The notes below the pieces were generated by a model. That model was not told where the DNA came from and did not search any database. It saw only the letters and a program-made list of their open reading frames with translations. From Neoconidiobolus thromboides FSU 785 (lineage: Eukaryota > Fungi > Entomophthoromycota): a DNA stretch of 54,610 nt. The translations under genes were made by a program, and so were the position numbers. The stretch spans positions 1 to 54,610 of the forward strand of contig MU626396.1 of assembly GCA_025603075.1 (NCBI GenBank), in the 5' to 3' direction. Below are positions 11,800-25,335 of the stretch, one piece after another (position 1 is the first letter of the stretch; every line of letters starts with the position of its first letter).

Positions 11800-12380
11800 A
11801 TAATCGATGACTTCATTTTTTCCCAGAATTTCATTATTATCATAGCAATTTTGCAATAATTTGAATATTTAATGGATTATATATTATCTGGACCTTTAAT
11901 TAATTATTGCTAACTTTAATCTTTATTGACCAAGACTCATATTACTTCTATTGAAAAACTCACGTGTACCTTATTCTTGTTCTCCTTCCTTTACAAGTAG
12001 AATCCTCTACTCTTTCTTAACATGTGTTGTTTCTAATCACTAAGCAATAGCTGAAAGCGGTCTTATTATTACTAATTAAATAGGAATAAAGAAGTTGCTA
12101 TAATTGAGTGGTTCTAGATTTTGATGTAAAGGGTTAACTTTATATGTTAAGAAGTAAGGTAAAAGGCTATAGTTAATCCGAAGGATTGTTGATTGAATTT
12201 GAGTATAGCAAATGGAGTAATTTGTAGTAGGTTCACTACCATAAAGTAATTCAGAAAAAATGCAACGTATCAGAAGTCTTTATTGTATAGAAGTACTAAA
12301 AGCAAGAGAATTAATCCTGGCTATTGTGCATAAGGATTATTCTGGGTACTATTAAAATTTCAAATAAACTTTATAACATT
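11800..12380 (-). mobile_element. Possible highly degenerate LTR-retrotransposon integrase relic
   Basis: FSELLYGSEPTT (12258-12223) resembles the SP(F/Y)ELLYGRxP motif C-terminal to Ty3/gypsy integrase cores; surrounding frames full of stops. Confidence 0.25.
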
Positions 12381-12602
12381 TAGTGGATTAGTTAATTAAT
12401 TTTTGTTTAAATTTGTATTAAAACTTAGTTAAATTTATCATATTAAGGTGAACAAATTATATTTTAAAAATTAGAAGTATTTAAATTGAATGCTAGATTT
12501 TACTCATAAAAAAAGCTATACTAAAATCTAGAGGGATTATAAAAAAATGAGTACAAGGGATAATATAATTTGTAAATATACAATTTAAAAACCAAAAATT
12601 GA

Positions 12603-12674
12603 CTCTCGAGCGGGGAATTGAACCCCGGTCTCCCGCGTGACAGGCGGGGATACTCACCACTATACTACCCGAGA
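12603..12674 (-). tRNA. tRNA-Asp(GTC)
   Basis: TCTCGGG...CTCGAGA-G acceptor stem, anticodon loop CTGTCAC, GGTTCAATTCC T-arm; 72 nt. Confidence 0.96.
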
Positions 12675-12803
12675 TGCTATTTTCTATTTAATTAGCAAAT
12701 AAATTTATATAAACTCGCAATTACTAAATAATTTAATCAAATAGGAACATTCATAATCGCGTCATTTTGTTTTAAATTTACACATTATTTAGAGTTTATT
12801 TAA

Positions 12804-14828
12804 ATGGATTTGACCCACAGTTCATGTATATTATTAGGTACCGGATTAGAAGAATCTATATTGGCTAGGCAAGAATATAATAATATATAAGGCCATATAA
12901 CTAACATGGTTACTAATATTGTTTCATTTAGTTCACTAGCTAAAAAAGGTAAGTCAGTAGTCCATATAGATCAAGCAGGAAGTTATGGTGGACTTTGGAA
13001 AGTGAATAATTTATGGGAATTTTGTTTGGAGTTGTTAGAAGAAAAAGAAAAAGAGATAAGTGAAGGTAACTTTTATTTCAGTTAAAGCGTTGAAGGGGAT
13101 TAAATATAATAATTTAGCTGGTGAGTTAAAAAGGGTAGTTCATTCAGGAGAAATCAAATTTCCAAATGTTGAATTAGAGACAGATAAAGAAGCGATTATT
13201 AAATATATAAAGAAAGAGATTGATACATTAGAAGAAGAGAAGTTTGGAGAGATTATGGAAGTATTTAAAAAGGATAGGGATTTCTTACTTGAAAAAAATT
13301 TCAAGTTTTTATTGTCAAAAGGAGAAATGGTAGAATTGATTCAAAATTCAAAAGCATTTAATTATTTGGAATTTCAATTACTAAACGAGGAATTAATCTT
13401 TTTAGATGACAAGTTTATAAAGGTAAGTTAAAAGTATTTTCTAGTATAGGTTAACTGATGTTTATAATATTTTTTACTAGGTTCCATTTAATAAAGAACA
13501 AGTATTCTCCAATGACGATTTGAGTTTAATTGATAAACGTAAATTGGTTAGGTTTTTAAAGTTCGCTTTTAGCTTCCAAGAACAAGAGCAAGTTTGGGAA
13601 GGTAAAGATGATATGCTATATTTTTTAAGAGAAAATTATTGACTTGTGATAATAGAATATAAAAATAGACCGTTAGAATTGTTCTTGCGAGAAAAATTTC
13701 AATTAAATGAAAATTTAATTAATGCTTTATTTTATTCAATATTATATGAGTTGAATGATATTTATCAAAGTAAGGTTATTGGATTATAGAGATTATAATA
13801 ACATATATTAAAATATAACATAATTTATTAGTTAATGTTATTGAAGGGTTGGTAGAAATACAAAAATTCATAAAATCAATGGGAGTTTATGGCAATCATA
13901 GTTTAATTTATCCGTTGTATGGCTCAGGTTCAGAATTAAGCCAGGCTTTTTGTCGGTAATTACAATTTACAATAATACTTAATGAAATAATAATAATATT
14001 ATAGTATTTCAGCAATTCATAGCGGTATTTATATTTTAAATGAGCCCATTTTAGGTATTACTAAGAATGATAATATCATTAATGATAATGAAAGCCAACA
14101 ATTTTCATTTACAGTAAAAACGGAACAATTCAAAATTAATACAGAGACAATAATAATAAATAGTGAACATTTATTAGATAATTTGATTGAAGAATCTTTG
14201 GAAATTGAGTAAATATTAGATAATAAAATTATTATGATTTATTAATTAATATAATTATTTAGAGGGTATCATTATAAATCCATTAATATAATAAAGTTGG
14301 AAATTTCTAATTCAATTCAGCATTTAACAATACCAATTAAAGATTTACCACCGATTCATTGTTTTATATTAAATTCAAATGCTAAAGTCTGTCCACAAGG
14401 TTACTGTAAGTTTAATTTATTATTATTGTAATATGTATTTATAACTATTTTATTAGCCATTATTTATGTATCAACTTATTATACAAAGTTACAATCAGAA
14501 GATGAAACATTTTTAAAATTACAACAAGGATTAAACAAAATATTAAAATACTATTTTAATGTAAACGGTAAATTTAAACTCAGCACTGATAACAAATTAC
14601 AAATACTAATACTGATTATTATTAGAACTACCAATAATACAATTGAATTTTATACAGAATCAAAGAAGAACAAAAAACACAAATAATGACTATTTGTTAA
14701 TTGAAGATCCAAAAAAAGGATATATTATTAATGGCATTAATGAGTCGTGTTTATTAAATATCAAAAAAATTGATTCAACAATAAATCAACTATTTGATTA
14801 TATTCCTGAATTAAATATCGAAGAATAA
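12804..14828 (+). CDS. MRS6: Rab escort protein (REP1/Mrs6; GDI/CHM family), multi-exon
   Basis: ILLGTGLEESILA-SSLAKKGKSVVHIDQAGSYGG; VPFNKEQVFSNDDLSLIDKRKLVRFL; YPLYGSGSELSQAFCR; first intron 12869-12931 is GC-AG; long, divergent sequence fits REP better than GDI. Confidence 0.8.
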
Positions 14829-14890
14829 AAATAGCGTAAAACTAAAATAAATAAACAAAATAAAGCATTTATTCATTATTTAATATTATA

Positions 14891-16594
14891 TTATAAATTT
14901 AATTTAATTTTCTGCAATTCCAATTCAAACTCATTTAACTCCTTTAATTGTAAATTACTCCATCTTTTTAATTGATTGTTTTTATCTTCCATTTGAAATA
15001 TTAATTTTTTTAATTCTTCTATTTCATTCAAATGATTTTCGTTCTTGTTTGTATTATTATTGTCTTCATTTAATTTTAGTAAATTAACTTCAATTTCTTT
15101 TAAAAATGATAGAAAGTTTTCCATTTCAATTAAGCTTAGGTTTGCGTCCTCAGTCGTATTGCTATTTAGTTTAGATTCTAATGTAGACAATTCTTTCTTT
15201 AATTCTTCTTCTTTTAGTTTTAACAATTCATCTAATTAAAAAATAACATATCATTAAATAAACTCATAAAACAAAATTCATGTTAAATTACCTTCTTCAT
15301 CATCTTGGTTTACAACTTCATTCTTACTTTGCTGTTCCACTTTAAAATTATTATTATTATTATTGTTAAATTGAGAATTCCAATTTGAACCAATATTTGA
15401 ACTTGTGTTATTAATATTATTATTATTATTCATTACATTAACATTACTGTTATTATTGCTTAAATTTCTATCAACGTTGGTATTCATTGAAGGTATAGAA
15501 TTACTCACATTACTACTCATTGAGCTCATAACATTCCCATTATTCATATTACTTCCAGTATTCCCATAATTATTTGTACTAGTATTAAAACTAGTATTAT
15601 AACTTATACTGTTAAAACTGGTATTAAAACTGGTATTATTTGAATTCATATTAGAGCTTGGTGGAGTAATACCCAAAAATCGATTTTTTAAATGGATTGG
15701 TAGTTGATGTGGTAATTCATGGCCTTTATTAACTAAATTCAATAAATGTAATAATAAACTAAATTGTTCCTTATTAATCTTTTGTTCTCTTTTGACATCA
15801 ATCAAATTCCATGCTTGATTTAAAGCAGCTGGTGTAAATCCTTTTTCTTTTAGAAAGGATGCTATACTATTAGCTAATAAAAAAGTATTTCTGTTCAAAT
15901 CTTCATAAAATAGATTTAGTATTAAATATTACCTTTAACAGTATGACTTTGTTTATCTTCAAACCTATAAAATAAATTATCATAGTTGACTTTATCACTT
16001 GAATTGATATGCCAATCAATAGGTTTACTGCTCTTCATTCCGCTACTAGCAATACTACTATTAGTTGAGCTAACGGAACTTGGCTATATTTAAAAAAAAA
16101 GATCAATGTTAATATTAAAATCGTTTCCATTACTTTAACTTCTACAAAATAAAAAAATTCTTACCCTATTCATTCCAGGCATATTATTACCAATGACATT
16201 ACTATTAGTCATTGGGAGAGATAATGGAACTGATTTCATACTTCCATTTAACATGGAAAATATAATAAACATGGCATTAACAAACTCATCTTTTTCAATA
16301 AAACCAGCACTTCGAGTGGCACATAGACTCCTAAAGTTTAGAATTTAGAATTCAATAATTGCTTTGGTTTTTGGGGGTAAAATAACGGTGTACCATATTT
16401 GAGCCAATTGCTGAGTACTTAAACCAGATTGTAAAAATAAGTTACGTGCTTTATCACCTATTAAAGGTTTTAAATTAATTAATTATTTTAAAATTCTTAT
16501 ATGATTTCTACTTACTACTCAATTTTCCCATAATCAATGGTTGTTCATAATATATCTTTTCATATTTTTGTCGATCTTGATAGGGTACTTGCAT
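14891..16594 (-). CDS. EH-domain endocytic scaffold protein (two EH domains, Asn-rich linker, C-terminal coiled coil; End3/Eps15-like)
   Basis: DRQKYEKIY...DKARNLFLQSGLSTQQLAQIWSLC...EKDEFVNAMF and DWHINSSDKVNYDNLF...ALNQAWNLID...KEQFSLLLHL...LPHQLP; heptad-rich last exon. Confidence 0.82.
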
Positions 16595-17096
16595 ATCTGT
16601 TCTTATTAAAAATTGATAATAGTTTTCAAAGTTGAAAAACTAAATGAAAATGATGCTTTCATTCCTTAAATTAGCTATTTGCAGATGAACCAATTAAAGT
16701 AAATTCAAGATTAGACTGTTAATGAATTAAGTTGAGTTGATTTAGTAATGAGAGAAGCTATTTGCTAGAATCAATTTGGCTTTTGATAGTTAAAACTCAA
16801 TAATGAATTAACAGGTTATAGTTAATACAAAAATAATCAAATAGAATCTTTATATTGTAATGTTTAGTATCTAATAATAATACATCTATGAAGTCTTTAT
16901 ATCGAACTTTATTATTACCGAACAAGCTATTTATTTAGTAACTAATTAATTTATTATCATTCATCCCTCCACTTTTAGCTATTCTTTTAAAATTTTTAAA
17001 CTCCACCAATAAAATATCAAACAGTAGTCATTTTTTTAAATGACATAAATAATGAAGAAAAAACTACAGGATTTTATCTTTTAGTCAAATATAAAA

Positions 17097-18772
17097 ATGA
17101 TTGAAATCAACTATACTCAACCATTGAATAGCTATAATGGTAGCAAAGTAGTCTTCTTAGGAGAAAAGCCATTATTAAAAAGCGATGAATTCTTAAACCA
17201 AGGTTTGTCTTTCATCTTCAGCTCCTGGGGTTTAGTTGAAGCTAATAATGCCGAATTTGAAACTTTTAAAAGTAATTATTCAACTAAAGATATCTCTTCT
17301 TACTCCAATTGGTTAAAAATTAGTAATTTTATTTTCTATTTAGTTGTTTATTGAGATATTAAGGGTATTTATATTAGATAATAAATCTGTTGGAGTAAGT
17401 TTTTCTACTATTAGTGACTCTAAAGGTCGTAATAACGCAACTATCCGCGCTGATTTGATCCCTAACTTGGTAAAAAAATACGTTGATGAAGCTGAGGATG
17501 GCGAGCAAGGTAATTGGATTACATTACATACTAAAAAAGATATTTCTTAACATAATTTCTTAAGTCCAAGTTGTATTTGTTGTTGAAAAAGAACAGGCTT
17601 TTGCTGCTGGTTGGTAAGTTTTAAAAATGAATGCAATCGAAACAAATTTAATTATTCTTCCTTTTTGTAGCGCTGTTGCTCGTGCCTTCCCACTTTATAC
17701 TCGTAAAACAAAATCTCAAAGCAATAAAACTTTAACTGTTAACTTTGTTGGTATCAATGGTACTCCATTATCCGATATCAACCTAGGTGAGTTACAAGTA
17801 GTTAGTGAGAACATTCGATTAGCAGCCAGGCTTAGTGATATGCCATGTTCCGAATTAAATACCAATACATATATTGAAGAAGTAAAAGCCGCTATCAAGG
17901 GTTTAGATAATGTCAAATTAGAAATCATTCAAGGTGAAGAACTAAATCAACGTGGTTTTGGTGGTCTATGGGGAGTAGGTAAAGCTGCTGTCAATTTACC
18001 AGCATTAGTTATCTTAAGCTATGAACCAACCAACAAAAACGAAACAAGCAAAAGAATAGCATTAGTTGGTAAAGGTATTTGTTACGATACTGGGGGTTTA
18101 TCCTTAAAGAGTACTACTGGTATGCCAGGTATGAAAGTTGACATGGCTGGTTCAGCAGCTGTGTTGGGCAGCTTTTTGTCTTTAGTTAAAAACCAAACTT
18201 CCCATACAGTTTTTGGTTTATTATGCTTAGCTGAAAATTCATGTGATCAATTATCTACTCGACCAGATGATATACTTGATATGTACTCTGGCGTTACTGT
18301 TGAAGTTAACAACACTGATGCTGAAGGTCGATTAGTTTTAGGAGATGGTGTAAGTTATGCATCTAAACATTTAGAAGTAGATCAAATTATTGATATTGCT
18401 ACCTTAACTGGTGCTCAAATTATTACCACTGGTCCAAATCATGCTGGTGTTATGAGCAATCAAGAAGGTTATGAGACTAAAGTAGTTAAAGCTGGTCATA
18501 TTACTGGTGATTTAGCATTTCCTATGATTTATTCAAAAGAATTTTTACTAAAGGAATTAGAATCGGAAGTTGCTGATCTTAAAAATTCTAATAAAAACGG
18601 CCCTACAACTGCCGCCTCTTCATTAGCTGGTCATTTTATTGAAGCTCATTTGGATAAAGAATATAAAGGCGTTTGGTGCCATGTCGATATTGCTGGTCCC
18701 GCTAGTAAAAAACATCGTTGTACTGGGTTTGGTGTAGCTCTTTTGTATGAGTTGGTCAAACAACAAAATTAA
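17097..18772 (+). CDS. M17 leucyl aminopeptidase, NPEPL1-like
   Basis: VGKGICYDTGGLSLK, MKVDMAG, NTDAEGRL and DIATLTGA metal-binding motifs; AVARAFPLY as in NPEPL1-type enzymes; several 5' introns. Confidence 0.92.
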
Positions 18773-19134
18773 GTAATGAATAAATAAAATTCAATCTTTT
18801 TATAATGATTTTGATTTTAATCGTTTTTTATCTTTATTCAAAGCGATGGTGTTTCGAACGAGAATCAATATTAAATTTAGTAAAGATAACTAGATTAAGT
18901 AGTCAGGAAACAATATCAACCTTGTAAGAAGGACGATTTTAATTTTAGATAGTCAAGGGTTATAGTTTTTCTTTTCACTTCTCTATTACACGTTTGGTAT
19001 ATGGTAACAAATCTTATTTCCTGAGTGTATCAACTTAATCATTCATGATGTTATATAAATATAAGAGTTCACAGTAGAAAGCTGTATGATGATAATACCT
19101 TGAATTAAAAAGAAACAAACAAAAAAAATAGGTA

Positions 19135-19207
19135 TGGAGAACCCGGGCATCGATCCCGGTGCCTCTCGCATGCTAAGCGAGCGCTCTACCATCTGAGCTA
19201 GTTCCCC
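19135..19207 (-). tRNA. tRNA-Ala(AGC)
   Basis: GGGGAAC...GTTCTCC-A acceptor stem, anticodon loop TTAGCAT; 73 nt. Confidence 0.96.
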
Positions 19208-19317
19208 TTGTATACTTTAGTTGCTTTTTACGCGAAAATTTTTAGATATAAATTTTTAAAATTAAACATTAGAAAATTAGCTTTATTTTTTATTTTGTTT
19301 TATTTTCTTTATTTTTA

Positions 19318-20526
19318 ATGAGTTCAAAGGGAGATAATGAGTTTAATGAAAATAATAATAATAATGGTAAGATTGATTTACAAAATGAATAGTTGATTTA
19401 TAATTGTTATTAAAGTAAAAGAAAACAACTTAACAATGAAAAAACCAGAAGATAATTTATATAAGCGAGAATTAACACCACGTAAATAAGAATCGTTGTT
19501 ACCAACTTAAATCAAAATTAACGATTCATCAAATTATTTAGCCCCTGAACAAGCACCAGAATTAGATTGCACTCAAGACCTAATAACGTTGTATCAATTG
19601 ATAGGCAAGTATAAAAAATTAAGTCAACCTTATATTGGTAAAAAAGTAGAAAAAGTATTTAAACAAAATTATGAAGATTATGTCTACGATTTGCCAGGTA
19701 GGAACAATTGGTGATACTGATAAAAAAGTAACTTGTTTAATCTCAATTCAACTAATAGGGAAAATGGATTACACTCCTGACGAATATTTACAAAACTTAT
19801 GGAGTCGTGGCTGGAATAAAGAAGAACAATTAAATCTACCTAAACTAGAAAACCTTGATTATAAGACTTTTAGTTTAGATCCAGGGTTTAAAGCTCCTGA
19901 GGTAAGAATAGTAATAATGTACAAATAATATTTGATACTGATAGTAGATGATATGGTTTATGTTAATTTTTTAATAAATATAAATAGGAGATAACTACAA
20001 TGTTTTCCGATGAGATTAAAGACAAAGGACTGGTTATCCTAGATCAATCTAACATACCAACACCGAAGCTAAATATTAAACAGAATAACCTGGAGGGCAT
20101 GGAAGGTAAGCTCTTGAAATATCAATAAAATGAAGTGAATGAGATATATTAATTTGAATTAGATATAGAAATTGAAATTGAAGATAAGTCGTCAAATAGT
20201 GGGGATAAAATTTATATTAAAAGAGTAAGTTTATTCATACGTTTTTATTATTATTTAAAAGTGTGTGTGGGAGAAAGGAATCAGGAATAGAAATCAGGAT
20301 AATGGTATATATTTATTAATTTACTATATAGAAAAAAAAGAGATTGGAAGAAGGTGAAGATGAAGGAGAAAGTTCAAGTTTTGGGTTTGAAGATGGAGAG
20401 AAAAAGAAAAAGAAAAAGAAGAAAAAAAGAGTAAGATTTTCGAACTGTAATTGAGTTTTAAATGACAAAGATTTTAACAATACATTCTTTTAGCCAGATA
20501 GAGAGGATTATACGGATGGTATTTAA
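19318..20526 (+). CDS. MED19: Probable Mediator subunit 19 (Med19/Rox3), multi-exon
   Basis: Spliced reading ...APELDCTQDLITLYQL...GKKVEKVFKQNYEDYVYDLPGKMD... resembles recalled Med19 ELTG-TNLITHYNL...GKKVKEKLSNFLPDLPG; C-terminal poly-Lys tract. Confidence 0.6.
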
Positions 20527-20623
20527 AGTACTGCTTATTTAATAAAAGGAACCAATTAAAGTTGTTTTATTTATATTTAATGTACTGTTTTGTTTAATTG
20601 TTTTTTTCTTTTCTTATTTTATT

Positions 20624-21535
20624 ATGGTACAATCATTTAATTTTGAAGCTGTTAAGAATGTATTTTACTTATTTAAACCAAGTTATTTTAAACCTAAATT
20701 AATTGTTGAAAGTAATAAATAAACTTAACTTAATATGAAAGTAATATGAAAATAACATATAAATTTTAGATTTCGCTGAAATCAATTTCCATTCCTTGAA
20801 ACAACAAGGTATTAAGAGATTAGTATTTGATAAAGATAATTGTATTACAGAGCCTTATTGCGATGACATTTACTCAAAATACACAGTATGAATTATTTAT
20901 TCTATTAAACAATATGAGTAGTAATTTATTTAAAAAAATTAGGAACATTGGAAAGAGTGTTTGAATACATTCGGTAAAGACAATGTATTTATATTATCAA
21001 ATAATATCGGTACACAATCAGAAGATAAGGAGTTTAAAAAGGTAATATTAGTTGATGAAGTTAGTGAATTATTTAATTGCTGTTATATTCTGTTTAGGCT
21101 GATAAGTTAAGTTTAGTTTATAGTAAGTTGGTTTTATTTCCGTTTTGTTTTCATTCATTCGTTCGATTTTCTTTTAGACGTGAAAGTATTAAAGCATATC
21201 AAAAAAGTAAATACAACAATGCTAAACAACTACAATAATATCCACTAACAATGTAATTCTATCGTAGAAACCCAACTTGGATGACTTGACATATAGTGAA
21301 ATTGTACAAAATCATGAACCAAAAGAAATCTGTATGATAGGAGATAGATTATTTACGGATATTTTATTAGCGAATAAATATCAATTTTATTCCATACTAA
21401 CCAAAGCATTTTCTTTGGATAAGGATAATAAATGGGCTAAAGCTGTAAGTTTTGTTATATTTATTGAATTATGCTACGTTTATATTGTTGTTGTTTTTTT
21501 AGATAAGATCTTTGGAATATAGATATTTTTTATAA
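20624..21535 (+). CDS. GEP4: Mitochondrial phosphatidylglycerophosphatase (HAD IIIA)
   Basis: GIKRLVFDKDNCIT, FILSNNIG and MIGDRLFTDI motifs; N-terminal VQSFNFEAV; multiple short introns. Confidence 0.88.
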
Positions 21536-21719
21536 AATAAACGATATAAATAAAGTATAGATATATTTTTATTATTTTTATTATTTTATTTAATAAGATT
21601 ATAAAAATGAAGAAAAAAGATAGAAAGAATGAGGAAAAGGGAAACTATACTGAAGCGATTTGACAGCAGTGACATTAAAGAAGTATAAAAATAACAGCAA
21701 TCCATAAGCTACAACCCAT

Positions 21720-22820
21720 TTAATCATCCCCTAAATTTAAAGTACGAATAGGGGATTGATTTAAGTAAGTAATTTTTTTACTTTTTTTAATATGTTCACT
21801 TAAACCATGGTTAAAATTACGATAGCAAACATATGTTTGATAAGCTGTTAATAATAATAATAATAATGTTATCACAGCAAATACAGTTAATCCATTCCTT
21901 GTATTATCATATTTACTTTGATATGGGTAGTAAATACGTACTAATTTATAACAGAAATAAACAGCTGAGAGCATTAGGCCTAGAAAAATGAATTGTTAGT
22001 TTCGTTGCTTATTGTTTATTAATGTTTACCAAATATGAACGAAGCAATCAACATTTTGTTTTCATAACGAATACCATAGATAGCCAATACTAAAATCAAC
22101 AGAATAACTGGAAAGGCTAAAATATTTAACCAAAACTCATAATCTGTAGCAGATAGAATAAGAACCAAAAATTGTAGTGAAAAACCCATAAAAAAGAAGA
22201 AAGCTACTTTTAGTAATAACATTAAAATATGATACTGTAAAAACATATTTTTCATTTCTGTATGTGCTCCTATCTTTTTATAAATTTCCCAACCATATTC
22301 TTTATACAATTTAAATGTCAAATAGCAATAAATTGGTGATATTAATCCCAAAATGATACAAACACTAAGTAATAAAGGACAAATGGCCTTGAAATCGAAA
22401 GTGATATCACTAATAGTATTATTATCTGTAAAATTCAAACATTGGTTATTGTTAGCATTAGATAACTGAGTAACCTGTATAATAGAGTAACCAAAGCATC
22501 CAATGTTGAAGATACATAATCCGATTAATTGAATGGTATTCTTATTTTTGATAGCGTCAAAAGCTAAAATTAGTTGAAATATTCTTGAGAATATAAAGAT
22601 GGAGATATATACATTGATAATCCGACAAAAAAAATTACTTTGATTTAATGTCATTAATTCAATAAATATTATGATGATAGACTCTAATATCGCTAATATT
22701 ATTAAACTCCAGGAATATATTGAATACCCTTTATATCGCCAGTCCTATTTAATTTGATTTTTAGTAAGATTGTTAGTATATTATATTATCTTTACTTACT
22801 TTGTTAATCCACCTCATCAT
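21720..22820 (-). CDS. UPF0658-like multipass Golgi membrane protein
   Basis: FQLILAFDAIKNKNTIQLIGLCIFN; LYKEYGWEIYKKIGA; LLKVAFFFFMGFSLQF patterns. Confidence 0.8.
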
Positions 22821-24051
22821 TTTGATATTATTGAATTGTGAAAATATTGGACTACTAATTAATTATACTTATAAGAGAAATTTTAATAAAATTCAATAAT
22901 AGTTTCAAAAAAAAGAGAAAATAATGATTAATTTATCCGCTTGAATTTATTTTTAAGTTAGAAGAAGAAAAATAAAAACTTAAAAATTTTAAGTTAAAAT
23001 TTCAATAAATTTTATTGGTTGATTAATACCCCTTTTGGTTACTGTTTATTATTTTTGAAGTTTAATCTGTTTAATTTAAATTTATTTGGTTCAAAACGTA
23101 AGGCTGTTTATATTTAAACTTTCTATTCTTTTACCTTTATCATTTTAATTAAGTTCTTTACTTTAACTATAATAGTTAGCATTTAATCTATAAATAAAAA
23201 ATTATAGAAGTATTACTGTTTTCTTCAAATAAGCAATTAATTCATATCCCTATATAACTTAGCTTATTATCGTCTTATAACACAGCGCTCAATTTTAGCC
23301 CTTAATTAAAAATATTGCCATTTACTGATATACAATTTTCACAACAATTAGTTAATTTTAAAATGATTTAATATTAATAAATTGTTCTTAATTTTATACT
23401 ACCAAGCTTTTTAACTTCTTGGAAGGAACGACTACCAAATTTCATAAAAATTTCCAAAGATCATTTACTATAAATGAGCAAAGCATAGATCAAATAAATC
23501 GAGCAATGTTGTAAAGTAATACTTCAAGAGATTTACAATTATTTAACCTGTTTCAACAACAAGCAATCCCATTGAACGTAATGCCTGGAATTCCGGTTCT
23601 GTAAGAAAGGCTTGGTCCTATCTATAACTCACCCTAATCATCCCTTAAATGATAGACTGCCTATAAAAATATTAGAAGATTTAGATATGCCAGGATTCGG
23701 TTTAAATTTAATACAAGATGAGAGAATTGGCAAAACTAGTAAGAAGATCAAAGTAGAAAGACTACAACAATAAATAATAACTGTAACCACAATCAAAGAC
23801 ACCTAAATCCAAATCTAAGGAAGCTAAATGAATACGACATCGGTGTTCCCTATAATTAAGATACCATGAAATAAAATTAATTGTTTTGATTGTCATATAA
23901 AACCAAAGTTTTAAAATTAATGTCTTTGTAATAAATTAATTGTTTCAAATAAAATCACAAAATTAATTTATTTTATTTATATATTGATATTTTTCAATGT
24001 GTTATTTTTAGTCATTTTATCTACATAATTTATTTACTTATTAGAACTAGA

Positions 24052-24154
24052 AATGGGGATGTATTTTTGTATTTAATAATTTTACTAACAAATTTTCCGC
24101 TTAAATAGCATTTAAAAATGGAAAAAGTATGAAGCCAAAAAAACATTCCCAAAT
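24052..24154 (+). mobile_element. ~100-bp MITE family, copy 4
   Basis: TGGGGATGTATTTTT...AAAAAACATTCCCA; ~50 bp beyond the lipase stop codon. Confidence 0.8.
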
Positions 24155-24201
24155 AGAGGACTATGAACTATCATAAATTCATTAAATTTATTTTATTCTA
24201 A

Positions 24202-25335
24202 TTAACATACACCACCTAATCTAATACCCCAAATATACAAGTGATCATTTACCGAAGGAGTATACCATTTCGAAGCAGAACAATTAGGATCTTCTAAATA
24301 ATAATCGCCACAATAGACATCTTTATTACCATTTACCCAGACCTCATGATGATGGTGATAATAATTAGATATCAGTTTAATTTGTGGAGGTAAATGAGGT
24401 ACAATATCGTTATTGTTGACAGCTCGGGTTAATGTGAATCTTTGTTGATTTAAATAACGTGCGAATTCTTTATCCCCAACCCTTGGTTCGCCATAAGTAA
24501 ACACTTCTAATTTATTATCATTTAAACCTAGCCTTTGTCTTAACATCAAAGAGCTCAATACGCCTATTGCTCCGCCTAAACTATGCCCAACAACAACTAA
24601 CTTATAATTTTTGTTTTTAATCAATAAACTTCTTAAGTCATTGACATACATAGGTAATAGCCTATCACTACATTGTTTAAATCCGCGATGTACTTTATAT
24701 TCTTTGTTATTAAATACAATTGGATCTTTAAAAAATTTAGCATCTTGTATAAAATTTCTTAATGTTGAAGTTCCACGGAAGCCTAAAATAATGGCTTTCT
24801 TATTTTTATCAATTCCTAGGTAAGCTTTGGTTTGTGTTGATTTGTCGAAATAAGTTCCTACATGCTGAACTGGGACTTCTTTACAATGAGAGCAGGACCA
24901 TGCCTTTAAATTTTCATCATTACAATAAGCAGCTCCAGCCAATCTAGCATAATATTTACTTGTTTGAATATCACTTGCTTTCAGCTGGGTTGGCATCTCA
25001 AACGCACGTGAGTCAGACATCTCCTGTGGCTCAAATTTGGTGTTATTTTTTAAATAGTTTAAATTTTCTATTAAATCTTTAAAGTAGTCGTCTACAACTG
25101 GCTTCTTGTTTGTATTGACATTCAAGCTGGCTCTACTGTCATTTGATGGTAATACGTTACCAACACTATTATCTGATGGTAGTAGACTCTTATTACTATT
25201 ATTTGATGGCAATACCTCACCATTGTTGATGGTAGTGGCAATATTACAGCGATTTACAGCTGCTTGATATTGTTGAACTAATGATATACCATAAAAGAAA
25301 GCAATAAAGGCCGCCTTATTGTAGCTTAAAAGCAT
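24202..25335 (-). CDS. Secreted class-3 triacylglycerol lipase with propeptide (intronless)
   Basis: Signal-like N-terminus; AAYC, FRGT, VHRGF, GHSLGG nucleophile elbow, TYGEPRVG, DIVPHLPP, terminal DHLYIWG. Confidence 0.95.
   Translation of the reverse strand: MLLSYNKAAFIAFFYGISLVQQYQAAVNRCNIATTINNGEVLPSNNSNKSLLPSDNSVGNVLPSNDSRASLNVNTNKKPVVDDYFKDLIENLNYLKNNTKFEPQEMSDSRAFEMPTQLKASDIQTSKYYARLAGAAYCNDENLKAWSCSHCKEVPVQHVGTYFDKSTQTKAYLGIDKNKKAIILGFRGTSTLRNFIQDAKFFKDPIVFNNKEYKVHRGFKQCSDRLLPMYVNDLRSLLIKNKNYKLVVVGHSLGGAIGVLSSLMLRQRLGLNDNKLEVFTYGEPRVGDKEFARYLNQQRFTLTRAVNNNDIVPHLPPQIKLISNYYHHHHEVWVNGNKDVYCGDYYLEDPNCSASKWYTPSVNDHLYIWGIRLGGVC

Noticed and set aside
23400-23770. Protein-like but stop-riddled plus-strand frame (HPNHPLNDRLPIKILEDLDMPGFG...)
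   Set aside because: Possible relic, but no recognisable family or paralog in the window
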